64,000 nt of DNA from Phycisphaeraceae bacterium (GCA_963674705.1 OY771506.1:3008001-3072000); one strand, 5' to 3'. Counted from the stretch's first letter, positions 1-10,000 are shown. The notes: generated by a model not told the origin, from the letters alone. Program-made: numbers and translations.

Positions 1-255
1 GATCACTTTCCGACCTGGGATGATGGGAAAGTGGACATCATCGATCTTACACGTGTGTATAGCAATTGGAATCACTACGTCCCACCGGGTGATCCGGACG
101 CGGATTATGTTGGCGTCGGTTACATCGGTCAGGACAACCTCAACGCCGTGATGTCGAATTGGCTATACGAGGAACCCGTTGTAAGCAGTGTACCCGAGCC
201 GGCTTCGCTGCTGTGCGCCGGCCCGATCCTGCTGTTGTGTTTACGACGCAGGTAA
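1..255 (+). CDS. PEP-CTERM protein with dockerin-like (EF-hand-like) repeats, 5'-truncated by the window edge
   Basis: Frame is open from base 1 (DHFPTWDDGKVDIIDL...). Contains DxDxxxxGxIGQDNLNAVMSNW and the C-terminal VPEPAS + hydrophobic stretch + RRR. Confidence 0.8.
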   Translation, partial: DHFPTWDDGKVDIIDLTRVYSNWNHYVPPGDPDADYVGVGYIGQDNLNAVMSNWLYEEPVVSSVPEPASLLCAGPILLLCLRRR

Positions 256-430
256 TAAAATAAGCAACCTGTTATTACCAATTCCACCTATATGTAAGAG
301 CAACATAAACAAAAAAAATGAATGCGGAGCAAAGTAAATCTTCGCACCGTAGTTGTTATCTATTGAAAATAATCGCAAAGAAGTGGATAATCAGTGTGTT
401 CCTGGGAAAACACTTAACCGGAGGCTTAAC

Positions 431-1471
431 ATGTCTAGACTCACTTCCGTTCTGATTGCATTCACTTGTTTTTCTGCTTCGGCACACGCTGACGTCGCGG
501 TTAACTTTCCTTTAGTCAACAACTCATCCGCGCCCGAACTTGCCGGCTATGTCACGCAGGACATCCAGGTCTATACCTCAAACGACTGGACCGTCGCCGG
601 CATGATCCTCGAACTTACCAACGGTTCGATCTACCAATATACGGACACGTCTTTCGACTTAGCACCCCCCGCGTATCTAGCATCTGTGTACCCCGCAATT
701 GCCTTCGATACCTATGTCGGCATCGTAGATGGTGGCGCCGGCGGAATCGCAGGCCAGTCCGGCGACCTCGGCAGTCCATTGACCGGGTGGAACTACCAAC
801 TCGATACCACAGGCATCGACGCCACCTGGTTCAACACATATACCTACAATTACGGCTTTAACACCATCGGCCGAATCAGCCTCTCCAACGACGCCCAAGG
901 CACTCTACGCTTCGCGCTCTCCGAAGGGCATCAAGCTTTCGTGGAATATGAGCTTGACATCATCGACGGACAGATCATCCCCGAAGCTATCTGTGACTTG
1001 CCGGGCGATCCCAGCTGCGGGGTCGACTTTATCGGCTTGGATCAACTCGACAACGTCCTGACCCACTGGAATCAGAACGTCCCCACTGGCGACCTTTCAC
1101 AAGGCGACTACGACCACGACGGTTTCGTCGGCCTGAATGATCTCGATGTCATCCTCACCTTCTGGAACATCCCCACCTACCGATACACCACCCCCATCCA
1201 AATCATCGGCGACCATTATGACCCGTTCGGCGATGGCTTCGTTGGATTAGACGACCTCGACTTGGTGCTTCAGCATTGGAACCAGTCCGTCGCGGTTTCC
1301 TTGAAGGGAGTCGATTACAACGGCGACGGCTACGTCGGCCAGGATGACATCAATGTCGTTCTCTCCGACTGGAACGCCGGCACACCACCAACCGCCGTCC
1401 CCGAACCGGCTTCCATCCTCGCCATCATGCTCCCAGCCCCGCTACTGCTACGAAGTAAACGCACAGAATAG
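431..1471 (+). CDS. Secreted PEP-CTERM protein with dockerin-like repeats
   Basis: ATG 431 follows GGAGG. Signal peptide ends in SAHA. Four DGFVGLxDLDxxLxxWN-type repeats, then VPEPAS + hydrophobic stretch + basic tail. Confidence 0.9.
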   Translation: MSRLTSVLIAFTCFSASAHADVAVNFPLVNNSSAPELAGYVTQDIQVYTSNDWTVAGMILELTNGSIYQYTDTSFDLAPPAYLASVYPAIAFDTYVGIVDGGAGGIAGQSGDLGSPLTGWNYQLDTTGIDATWFNTYTYNYGFNTIGRISLSNDAQGTLRFALSEGHQAFVEYELDIIDGQIIPEAICDLPGDPSCGVDFIGLDQLDNVLTHWNQNVPTGDLSQGDYDHDGFVGLNDLDVILTFWNIPTYRYTTPIQIIGDHYDPFGDGFVGLDDLDLVLQHWNQSVAVSLKGVDYNGDGYVGQDDINVVLSDWNAGTPPTAVPEPASILAIMLPAPLLLRSKRTE

Positions 1472-1497
1472 CAAGGCGTAGGATTTGGGGTGCAGTG

Positions 1498-1620
1498 ATT
1501 GTATTGCTAACAGCTAACAGCTAATGGCTAATGGCTAATGGCTTTCTTCCCCCAACGCCGGTCCTGAGCGCAGCGAAGGTCCGGGCTTCTTCATGTTCAA
1601 TCTTCATTATTCAATCTGAA
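1498..1620 (-). repeat. Composite intergenic repeat family A, copy 1
   Basis: Reverse complement aligns with the other copies: GAAGATTGAA..GAAG..CCCGG(A/C)CCTTCGCT(G/T)CGCTCAG(G/A)ACCGGCGTTGGGGG..(TTAGCCA)n TAGCAATACAAT. Confidence 0.9.
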
Positions 1621-1680
1621 AACTGCACTGACTGCCTGTTCAGTTTCAATCTTCACGTTCAAGATGTGATGCAATCCAAC

Positions 1681-1718
1681 CCCCTCTCCCCTCGGGAGAG
1701 GGCCGGGGTGAGGGCCGG
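1681..1718 (+). repeat. BoxC-like palindromic repeat
   Basis: CCCCTCTCCCCTCGGGAGAGGGCCGGGGTGAGGGCCGG; related copies at 21311, 49595 and 49675. Confidence 0.8.
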
Positions 1719-1888
1719 ATAGATTAAATCTACGAATGTCCAAAGAATGCTTCAATGCCAAATTCCAATTGACCACACTCAAAACACTTCGTCATTCGAT
1801 TTTCGACATTCTTTCGTCATTCGCCCTTCGTGCATTCGACATTCACCTAAGTCCGTATTTATCCGTGGCAAAACACCCCGCCACTAAC

Positions 1889-3223
1889 TCACTCTGCCCG
1901 CACCGTCCCCGTCGCTGTCGGGTTGCCGAACAGCGTCCTGCGGATCAGCTTCGGGATGTCCGTGTTATCCATCGTGCCTTGGACGTACTCGGCGTTGAAG
2001 CCTTCGGCACGCACGACCACACCGCCGGATAAATCGTCCGTCGCCGCCCACACGATCTTGAACGGCAGACGCCGTCCGTACTGATCCGGCATCGCAAGGA
2101 ACGGCCGGCCCCCCGTGCCTTCAACGCCGTCAATCATCGAACCGCTGCGATCACGCTCCGGCAAGGTTTCCGGATACACGCCGTTCGTCCCGATACGGAT
2201 ACCCATCATCCTCGCGCCCCCGGCATCCGAATCCGCACACGTCATCAACAGCGTATTCGGATTCTCCGCGATAAACTTCCTCGCCACCCCGAACGCTTCA
2301 TCCGCACGACGCAAACCCTCGAGCATCCCCGATGCGTTGTTATGGTTGCCGAAGTTGTCCGGCCCTTCCTCTTCCACCACCAGCAGGAATTGGCGATCGC
2401 CGTGCGACAATAGCTTCAGCGCCTTATCCGTCATCTCCGCCAGCGTCGGCGCATCCGGCTCATACATCGGCAAACCGTTCGCCGCCAGCTCTTCTTCGGT
2501 CAGATCGTGGAACGTATGGAAGTCCGCAAACAAGCCAAGCACCTTCTTCGTGTCATCCGACAGTGACATCAACTCATCACGCGTATAAATCACCGTGTAC
2601 CCGTTCGCCTTCGCTTCTTCGACGAGATTCTTGTTGTCTTTGCGCGTGCCCTTGCAGTGCACACCCTGCACGCCTTCAGGCAGGAAGTGCCGTTCGCCGC
2701 CGCCGAGGATCACATGGGCGCCGGACTTCATGATGCCTTCGGTGATTTCGTCGTAATTGTTGCGCTGCGTCGCATCCGTCAGGAAGATGGCTGTGCCCGG
2801 CTCGATCGCTGTGCCAGACTGCACCACGCCGACACGCAGTCCCGCGTTTAATGCCTCGATCGCCACCGAGCGATACCGTCCGTTCGCATCGAGAATCCGC
2901 GGCGCATCTGCGCCCTGATCCATACGACCGAACGCGTGGTAACGAGGCCGAACGCCCGTCGCATGGGCCGTCGCGCCGCCATTGCTGGACGCGGTCAGGT
3001 TGTCACTCATGTGCCCGCGGTACACCGCCACGTGGGGTAGCTTGTCCCATTCCAGTTCGCCATCCGGACCAACCCATAGCGCCCGCGCCGCGGTCCACGA
3101 ACCGGCCGACGCGCCGTCGGGGTGGATAAAGATCGCATTACCGACCGTCTGGGCGCTACTGTGTGCGGCGATCGACAAGACCAGCCCGAGGCCGGCCACG
3201 GCTAGAAAGAATCTGTTGATCAT
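1889..3223 (-). CDS. Alkaline phosphatase family protein (secreted)
   Basis: Signal peptide; IFIHPDG, TASSNGGATAHATG, VILGGG, PTLAEMT..AL..L and FLLVVEEEGPD motifs. Start could be 3238. Confidence 0.85.
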   Translation of the reverse strand: MINRFFLAVAGLGLVLSIAAHSSAQTVGNAIFIHPDGASAGSWTAARALWVGPDGELEWDKLPHVAVYRGHMSDNLTASSNGGATAHATGVRPRYHAFGRMDQGADAPRILDANGRYRSVAIEALNAGLRVGVVQSGTAIEPGTAIFLTDATQRNNYDEITEGIMKSGAHVILGGGERHFLPEGVQGVHCKGTRKDNKNLVEEAKANGYTVIYTRDELMSLSDDTKKVLGLFADFHTFHDLTEEELAANGLPMYEPDAPTLAEMTDKALKLLSHGDRQFLLVVEEEGPDNFGNHNNASGMLEGLRRADEAFGVARKFIAENPNTLLMTCADSDAGGARMMGIRIGTNGVYPETLPERDRSGSMIDGVEGTGGRPFLAMPDQYGRRLPFKIVWAATDDLSGGVVVRAEGFNAEYVQGTMDNTDIPKLIRRTLFGNPTATGTVRAE

Positions 3224-3276
3224 GCGAACTTTGTACATGATCTGTGTGAGTATTCTGTTACGAACTTTCCCCACAC

Positions 3277-4152
3277 TCAGGCGCCGGCCGGATGGGTCAT
3301 GTGGCGGACCTGGTCCATCGTCTCGGCCAGTCCCACGCCCAACGCACAACCCACCACGCCCGAAGACGCGTACTGGATCGGTAACGCCAACGCCAGCTTG
3401 AGCAAACCGCCGGTGTACAGATCATCCAGGAAGGCATCGGCATTGGAGTAGCTGCCCAGCATAAACAGGTACGCACCCAACGCGACCAGCAGCGGACTGA
3501 CCAGGATCACGATCGGATTGTTCTGAGCCACGGACATCTGCGAGATCATCGCGGCAACGCCGAAGCCAAGCAGCAGCGAGCAATTGACCTGTCCGCCGTC
3601 CGTCGTTTTGATCAAAAAGCTGCACAGTACGCCGCCCACGACTGCCGTGACCAGACCCCCCAGCAAGGCTTTGACGTCAGGCAACCACATCCGAGTCCGC
3701 TCACCAAGATGATGCTTCACCGCGAGCTTGCTCAGGTTCGGCCGGACCTTCCTCTGTGCCATATCAATCAAAATAAACGCGGCCGCCATTAGCACGAGCC
3801 AGATCACCGCTTCCACCGCTAGCGCCTTGTACCCGCCCGGCAACTCCACACGCTTCAGGTAGCCATCGATTGATCCACCCAATGCACCTAAAGGCAGCAA
3901 TGCAAAACTGATCGTAAACGCACCACTGAGCGGGTTACCTGTCGAGGCCGCGATCAGCCCGGCAATCAACGCCGGGATACCCGCCACGATCAAAATCATC
4001 AGGGCCGCAAACATCCCCGCACGTGCATCCATCAGGCTCAAACCCGTCGATCCATCCACCGCAGTCAATGGCCCACGCGCAAACAGCCAGCACAACGCCC
4101 CGATTACCAGGACGATCCCAATCACCAATCGATGTTTCAGCGGTGGCAGCAT
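3277..4152 (-). CDS. Hypothetical multi-pass membrane protein
   Basis: 291-aa ORF with about 8 hydrophobic segments, co-oriented with its neighbours. Confidence 0.75.
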   Translation of the reverse strand: MLPPLKHRLVIGIVLVIGALCWLFARGPLTAVDGSTGLSLMDARAGMFAALMILIVAGIPALIAGLIAASTGNPLSGAFTISFALLPLGALGGSIDGYLKRVELPGGYKALAVEAVIWLVLMAAAFILIDMAQRKVRPNLSKLAVKHHLGERTRMWLPDVKALLGGLVTAVVGGVLCSFLIKTTDGGQVNCSLLLGFGVAAMISQMSVAQNNPIVILVSPLLVALGAYLFMLGSYSNADAFLDDLYTGGLLKLALALPIQYASSGVVGCALGVGLAETMDQVRHMTHPAGA

Positions 4153-4245
4153 AATGTTTTAGATTCTAACGGACCCAGTTAATCATTTCCCAAACAGTAA
4201 CCTTTTGCGGTTTAGCCCTCTTGCATGCCGTTTGCGGCTTAGCGC

Positions 4246-5352
4246 CTACTCATCCCCCTCGCTCCCGTCCTCAACCGTCTTCCGGAACGACACGCCCATC
4301 ACCAGCAGGCCCAGCTCATACAGACCCCAAAGCGGTAGCGCCAACGCCACCATACTTATCGGATCGGCCGGCGTCAGGAACGCCCCCAGCACGAAGCAGG
4401 CAAAAACGCAGTACCGCCGGTATTTACTTAACATCTTCGGCTCAATCAGCCCCGTCCATCCCAGGATCATCATCAAGACCGGTAACTGGAACGACACGAT
4501 CACCGCGACCCCCATCATTGTCACGAAACTGATGTACTGGCCTATCTCGATCATCGGCGCGACCATCGATTGGTTTTTCGGCCTTGTGTCTTGTTTCTCC
4601 TGGGGCACAAACGTTAAGGTTCGGCCACCCGTGTGGTAGCGTATAACGCCATCGGTTTGATTGAACCATATCTGCCCCTCGACCGGCTCTGTGGGATCGG
4701 TTTGGGTCGCAGGTATCTGAGATAGAGTCAGCGGTACTTTATCCAGCCCTGTGTCGAGAGGATGCTCTTCGACCGGGTTTTCCGCTTCTTGACCCGGGGG
4801 TGCGTAAGGGCTCAGGATGATCCCCATAAAACCTTTGGGCTGCGTGTCCTGCATATCCAAAGCGGGGTAACTCACCGTGAAATAGATCAGGAAAGCCAAA
4901 GAAATCGGCAGCAGGATGTAGTACATGAACAGCACGCCCAGCAGTGACATGACGCCGCTGAACGGCGCGACCAGGTACGCCGCCTTCTTCTCATGATCGT
5001 ACAGCCCGCTCTCAACGAACTTCCATATCTGGTACACCACCCACGGCGCAGCGATCACCAGGCCGGTGATCAGGCCGACCTTCATGTAAACCCCGAAGCC
5101 CGTCGTCACCGCAAGGTTGTAAGTCTGAGGCGGCAAGCCGAAGTAAAGCTGCACCTCCGCTAACGGCTTAACCAGCCAGCCGATGATCTCACGCCCGTAA
5201 ACCAGACCGAGGATACTCGTGATCAAGGGCCCCGCTAACGCAAGGATCAACCGCCGACGCAGGTCTTCCAAATGATCGCCGAAGCTCATCCGCACCTCTT
5301 CGACGCGTCTCTTGCTGGGCTTCGGTTCATAATCAATCTGGTCGAGTGGCAT
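4246..5352 (-). CDS. tatC: Twin-arginine translocase subunit TatC with a large loop insertion
   Basis: MSFGDHLEDLRRRL, PWVVYQIWKFV..GLY..E, SFQLP and AFLTPADP..M...ALPLWGLYE motifs. Confidence 0.95.
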   Translation of the reverse strand: MPLDQIDYEPKPSKRRVEEVRMSFGDHLEDLRRRLILALAGPLITSILGLVYGREIIGWLVKPLAEVQLYFGLPPQTYNLAVTTGFGVYMKVGLITGLVIAAPWVVYQIWKFVESGLYDHEKKAAYLVAPFSGVMSLLGVLFMYYILLPISLAFLIYFTVSYPALDMQDTQPKGFMGIILSPYAPPGQEAENPVEEHPLDTGLDKVPLTLSQIPATQTDPTEPVEGQIWFNQTDGVIRYHTGGRTLTFVPQEKQDTRPKNQSMVAPMIEIGQYISFVTMMGVAVIVSFQLPVLMMILGWTGLIEPKMLSKYRRYCVFACFVLGAFLTPADPISMVALALPLWGLYELGLLVMGVSFRKTVEDGSEGDE

Positions 5353-5400
5353 TTGCGTGATTCTACGTATTTTAGGTAATCAACGTTCTTTGTTAGCAGG

Positions 5401-6477
5401 TCAGACGATCAGCATGGCGTCGCCGTAGGAATAGAATCGGTAGCCTCCCTTGATCGCCTCGCGGTACCAGCCAAGCAGCCTGTCGATCCCGACCCCCGGC
5501 AGCGCCGCCACCAACGCCAGCAGCGTCGAACGCGGCAGATGGAAGTTCGTCATCAACCGATCCGTGAACCGGAATTCAAAACCGTTGTCCGGCGTGATGT
5601 AAAGGTCCGTCGACGTCTGGTAGCCCGATGCCAAAACCGCGCCCAGGTCGGCCGGCAGGCTCTCGATCGCCCGCACCGTGGTCGTGCCGACGGCGGTGAT
5701 AGCGTTGCCTGAACTTCGCGCCCGCTTGATCGCATCGACCGCGCTTAACGGGATCGAGATCGATTCACTGTGGATCGGATGCGCGTTGACATCATCACAA
5801 CGGATCGGCATGAACGTGCCGAGCCCGACGTGCAGCGTGACCTCCTCGCGCTGAATACCCATGTTTTGCAGTGTTTTCAGGAGCTGCGGCGTAAAGTGAA
5901 GCCCCGCGGTTGGTGCCGCAACCGATCCGGCATCTTGTGCGTACACCGTGTTGTACCGGCTCATATCCGTGTCGTTGACTTCACTTTGCTGTAGCGCCTT
6001 ACGCGCCTTGCGGATGTAGGGCGGCAACGGCACCTTGCCGATCCGCTCAAGCAAACTCAGCGTGTCATCATCACCGCAAAATTCCGCTAACCATTCGCCG
6101 CCGCCAAGATGCTCGATCAGCTTCAGTTGGTTGTGTTGATCCAGGTCGATCAACTCGCCCGGCTCCAGCTTGCCACGCGATTCGAGCATCGTCCGCCATC
6201 TGCACGATGCATCGATTCCTATAAATAGTCCCTTGATTTTGCCGCCCGTGCCGCTACGCACGCATTCGTAATAGGCTGGTAATACCTTGCTACGGTTCAC
6301 CAGCATCAGATCGCCCGCCCGGAAGATGCCAAGATTGGGCAGATCGGCGACGCGGCGGTGGCTGACCTTGCCGGAATCACGATCAATAACCATAAGTCTA
6401 GCATTATCACGAGGTTCTGCCGCTGTGGTAGCGATCAGGTCGGGCGGCAGGTCGTAATCCAAGTCCTTGGCGAGCAT
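5401..6477 (-). CDS. queA: S-adenosylmethionine:tRNA ribosyltransferase-isomerase
   Basis: DYDLPPDLIA, PLPPYI, GSVAAPTAGLHFT, VGTTTVRAIES, TNFHLPRSTLL and YRFYSYGDAMLI motifs. Confidence 0.97.
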   Translation of the reverse strand: MLAKDLDYDLPPDLIATTAAEPRDNARLMVIDRDSGKVSHRRVADLPNLGIFRAGDLMLVNRSKVLPAYYECVRSGTGGKIKGLFIGIDASCRWRTMLESRGKLEPGELIDLDQHNQLKLIEHLGGGEWLAEFCGDDDTLSLLERIGKVPLPPYIRKARKALQQSEVNDTDMSRYNTVYAQDAGSVAAPTAGLHFTPQLLKTLQNMGIQREEVTLHVGLGTFMPIRCDDVNAHPIHSESISIPLSAVDAIKRARSSGNAITAVGTTTVRAIESLPADLGAVLASGYQTSTDLYITPDNGFEFRFTDRLMTNFHLPRSTLLALVAALPGVGIDRLLGWYREAIKGGYRFYSYGDAMLIV

Positions 6478-6683
6478 CGCGACATGGTAGGGCGTTGACA
6501 TTCCCGGGCAACAGGGCTGGGGGATTCGGGCAACATTTGATACAGATCGGCGAGTCGTTCGCAGGATCTACGCGATGTAAGTATCTGTTAAAAAATGAAA
6601 TACGCGCCATCGTGCGATCTCCGCCGTGCTGGATCGGCTTTCGCATCTCCCAAGGTATGAGGTGCGAGCCCCATGAGAATCTG

Positions 6684-7070
6684 ATGATCTGGTCGATCCG
6701 ATACGAGCACTTCGGCCCGGGTCGGTACGACCAACATCACCACCGCTGCGATGTCCCGGAAGTGAGACATTGTGAGCCGCGGCCGTGCGCACTTGACGCG
6801 CATCGGCGGCCTGATGCGCCCAAACGTGTCGTCGAGCAGACGCACGGCCTGTCGCAGGTAGATTGCTACGCCCTGAGAGGGGGCGAAGCGACTGGGTCTC
6901 AGCCGGCGGTGCGCATGAACTGGCCGTGGGGCGTTTATGCGCTGCCGATCGTCGACTACATCACCGTACCGGCCGACATCGCACCTCCCTCCGAGCCCGG
7001 CGCGATCCAGGGCTACATCTACGGCCAGGCCGTGCCCACCCACGGCAACCTGCTGGACATCCTGGCTTGA
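6684..7070 (+). CDS. Hypothetical protein
   Basis: ORF fills the gap between queA and the next gene; C-terminus ...HGNLLDILA. Start uncertain. Confidence 0.45.
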   Translation: MIWSIRYEHFGPGRYDQHHHRCDVPEVRHCEPRPCALDAHRRPDAPKRVVEQTHGLSQVDCYALRGGEATGSQPAVRMNWPWGVYALPIVDYITVPADIAPPSEPGAIQGYIYGQAVPTHGNLLDILA

Positions 7071-7129
7071 ATCTGCATATCTAAACCGCTCCAGATTGAT
7101 CCGACCGCGTCGGCCGCTACCCTTACGGG

Positions 7130-7591
7130 ATGGTTTACGCGATTTTCTTCCTGTTGATGCGTTGGATCCACGTCGGCTCAGCCACGCTGATCATCGGCGG
7201 CCTCGCGCTGATTGTCCTAAGTAGCGGGCCCATCAAGGCATTGACTCGTAACGACGAACTCGACCAAACGATCAAGCGTATCGAGTCGCGATATCGTTGG
7301 GTCCTGCTGGCGGCGGTCATTGGGCTTGTCATCAGTGGCGTGTACCAATGGGTGATATTCGGCCAGCTTTACCAGGAAAACGGCCCGTTAATATTGATCG
7401 TGCTGTCCGTGAAGGTGCTGATCGCCACCACGTTCTTTGCACTTGTATGGGCTTTCCAGGTCGATTCGATGGTCAGCGCCGAAGCACGTACGTGGCGGAT
7501 CGTGAACCTGACGCTTGTTGTGCTCGTGTTGATGCTCGCGGGTGTTGTCAGGTATTTGAGGATTGAAGCGATGGAAGTAGTTAGCCATTAG
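7130..7591 (+). CDS. Four-TM membrane protein (CopD/DUF4149-like)
   Basis: RWIHV..A...IGG at the N-terminus and four hydrophobic helices. Its stop codon lies in the TTAGCCATTAG repeat tract. Confidence 0.7.
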   Translation: MVYAIFFLLMRWIHVGSATLIIGGLALIVLSSGPIKALTRNDELDQTIKRIESRYRWVLLAAVIGLVISGVYQWVIFGQLYQENGPLILIVLSVKVLIATTFFALVWAFQVDSMVSAEARTWRIVNLTLVVLVLMLAGVVRYLRIEAMEVVSH

Positions 7592-7748
7592 TCGTTAGCT
7601 CTTAGCACGGATTTGAGATTGAACATTGACGATCGAAGATTGAATATGAAGAGAAAGATACCCGGCCCTTCGCTTCGCTCAGAACCGGCGTTGGGGGGAG
7701 AGAAAGCCGTTAGCCATAGCCTTTAGCCATTAGCAATACAATTTCTAC
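7581..7748 (+). repeat. Composite repeat family A, copy 2 (tail interrupted by IS3)
   Basis: Core CCCGGCCCTTCGCTTCGCTCAGAACCGGCGTTGGGGGG at 7661-7698, flanked by TTAGC heptamers. Confidence 0.9.
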
Positions 7749-9018
7749 AGAGCTGGTCCCCAAATCTTGGACAGCCGGTTAAAGTGGGCTGGTCTGCAGA
7801 TTTGAAAGGACTTACTTGATGAGCAAGCGACGACGATTTACGGCTGAATTCAAGGCGAAGGTGGCGCTGGAGGCGCTGCGTGGCGAGTTGACGGTGGCGG
7901 AGATCGCCAAGAAGTACGACGTGCATCCGAACATGATCGGCGGGTGGAAGAAGCTGCTGGCACAGGAGGCGGCCCAGCTTTTTGCCCGTGGCGGCGGCAA
8001 GGACCCGCAGGCATCCGACGAGCAGATCAAAGAGCTGCACGCGAAGATCGGCGAGCTGACCATCGAGAAGGACTTTTTAAAAAAAGGGTTGGGGCTTTGA
8101 GCCACGGCCGCCGCTGCGACATGGTCGAACCCAAGCACCCCGAGCTGAGCATCGTGCGTCAGTGTGGGCTGGTGTCGATCAGCCGATCGTCGTTTTACTT
8201 TTCAGGCAAAGGCGAGAGCCCGTTGAACCTGAAGCTGATGCGTCTGATCGACCGACAGTTCCTGTGCACGCCGTTCTACGGCAGCCGGCAGATGATGCGT
8301 TGGTTGCGTCGGCTTGGCTACAACGTCGGCCGCAAGCGTGTGCGTCGATTGATGCGCCAGATGGGTTTGACGCCGATCTACCAGGCCCCGAAGACCAGCG
8401 TCAAATGCCTTGAAAACAAGGTGTATCCGTACCTGCTGCGGAATCTGAAGATTGATCAGCCGGGTCATGTGTGGTGCGCCGACATCACATACATCCCGAT
8501 GCGACGCGGCTTTTTGTACCTCGTTGCGGTCATGGACTGGCACAGCAGGAAGGTGCTGGCCTGGCGATTGAGCAACACGATGGAAGCGTCATTCTGCGTC
8601 GAGGCGTTGGAAGAAGCGCTGAGCAAGCACGGCCCGCCGCAGATCATCAACACCGATCAGGGCAGCCAGTTCACCGGCCTGGAATGGACCGAAGCGGTGA
8701 AGAACGCGGGCGCGAAGGTATCGATGGACGGCAAAGGCCGATGGATGGACAACGTGTTCATCGAACGTCTGTGGCGGAGCCTGAAGTATGAATGCGTGTA
8801 CCTGCACGCGTGGGACAGAGGCAGCGAAGCTCGCGCCGGGATCAATGAATGGCTGCGGTTCTACAACACCGAGCGTCCGCACTCGACACTCGCTGGACGG
8901 ACGCCGGACGAAGCGTATGATGGAAAACCTATAACCGGACCGCCGCTGGCCGCGGCATAAACCCGTTGGCCCACCTTATTCAGGCCAACCGGCTGTCCAA
9001 GATTTGGGGACCAGCTCT
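7749..9018 (+). mobile_element. IS3-family insertion sequence
   Basis: Perfect 32-bp terminal IRs (7749-7780 and 8987-9018), 4-bp target duplication CTAC (7745-7748 and 9019-9022), orfA/orfB organisation. Confidence 0.95.
7819..8960 (+). CDS. IS3 transposase OrfAB (OrfA 7819-8100; -1 frameshift at A7G 8079-8086)
   Basis: OrfA HTH (RRRFTAEFKAKVALEA). OrfB DDE core: WCADITY, NTDQGSQF, DNVFIERLWRSLKYE. Confidence 0.93.
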
Positions 9019-9020
9019 CT

Positions 9021-9083
9021 ACACCCAACACCCAACACCCAACACCCAACACCCAACACCCAACACCCAACACCCAACACCCG
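9021..9083 (+). repeat. Heptamer tandem repeat (ACACCCA)x8 plus one variant
   Basis: Directly visible; it is the displaced tail of family A copy 2. Confidence 0.95.
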
Positions 9084-9088
9084 AACCC

Positions 9089-9688
9089 ATGCCCAAACGT
9101 TCTTCCAACTCTGCGATACCCGTTGATACTTACCTGCGTGGTCGAGGTAAACGGCGTTGGGTTTACATGGTGTTTACTTTGGTGATCGCGCTGCTGCTGG
9201 TGATCGCGGATCGGTCGGGATTGTTGTTGGAGACTTCGAACGATGAGGCGAAGTACAACGGGCAGTGGGTGACGGTAGTGCGGGTCGTGGATGGGGATAC
9301 GTTGGATATTGATATGCCGGACGGCAAAGAGTCGACGACGCGGATTCGGTTGTGGGGGATCGACACGCCGGAGATGGCCCACAGTGACCCACCTCGCCCG
9401 GCTGAGCCTTTTGCGGAGGCGGCAACACAACGGGCCCGGGAGCTCGTGGAAGGGCGAAAAGTACACCTGACGCTTGAGCCCAGTCGGACCCGCGGCAACT
9501 TCGGGCGATTGCTGGCGTTCGTCGAGTTACCGGACGGCGTGATGTTGAATGAAACATTGATTATAGAAGGACTTGCACGCGCCGATGACCGATGGAATCA
9601 TAGACATCTCGAAGACTTCAACCTGCTCGAACGCGAAGCCAAAAAAGCGGGCAACGGTCTTTGGGGCGAGTCCGCCGATAAGCAGTAA
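9089..9688 (+). CDS. Thermonuclease (SNase) family protein with N-terminal membrane anchor
   Basis: VVRVVDGDT, IRLWGIDTPE, FGRLLAFV, LNETLI.EGLA and EREAK....GLW motifs. Confidence 0.92.
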   Translation: MPKRSSNSAIPVDTYLRGRGKRRWVYMVFTLVIALLLVIADRSGLLLETSNDEAKYNGQWVTVVRVVDGDTLDIDMPDGKESTTRIRLWGIDTPEMAHSDPPRPAEPFAEAATQRARELVEGRKVHLTLEPSRTRGNFGRLLAFVELPDGVMLNETLIIEGLARADDRWNHRHLEDFNLLEREAKKAGNGLWGESADKQ

Positions 9689-9751
9689 GCAGGTCCATGC
9701 AACCACGGCTTACAGATGTTGTATAATCAGGTGATTAATTGACAACCACTT

Positions 9752-10000
9752 ATGGAGGATTATGTCTTGTTCTCAAGGAGGACGGACAAATCACTGAGAG
9801 ACTTGCGATTCGATCGGGATCAGATGATCGCCGAGACGAATGCGTTTTTGAATTGGGCGCTTGCCGAAGGGCATGGCCTGCCGCGTATCCCGCGCCGACG
9901 TGTGGATGAAGGTGGCTTCACGGAGTTGATGCGTCGGCCGTTGGCACGCGTGATAACGACACACTGGTGGCGACGGGCCTTGGAGCGTGTAAACCTCTAG
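9752..10000 (+). CDS. Small hypothetical protein (possible TTG start at 9767)
   Basis: GGAGGA upstream of TTG 9767; TATAAT at 9722-9727; fills the intergenic gap. Confidence 0.6.
   Translation: MEDYVLFSRRTDKSLRDLRFDRDQMIAETNAFLNWALAEGHGLPRIPRRRVDEGGFTELMRRPLARVITTHWWRRALERVNL

Noticed and set aside
8966..9088. N-terminal extension of the thermonuclease (TQHPTPN repeats)
   Set aside because: It is the translated IS3 right IR plus the heptamer tract; ATG 9089 is the more plausible start.
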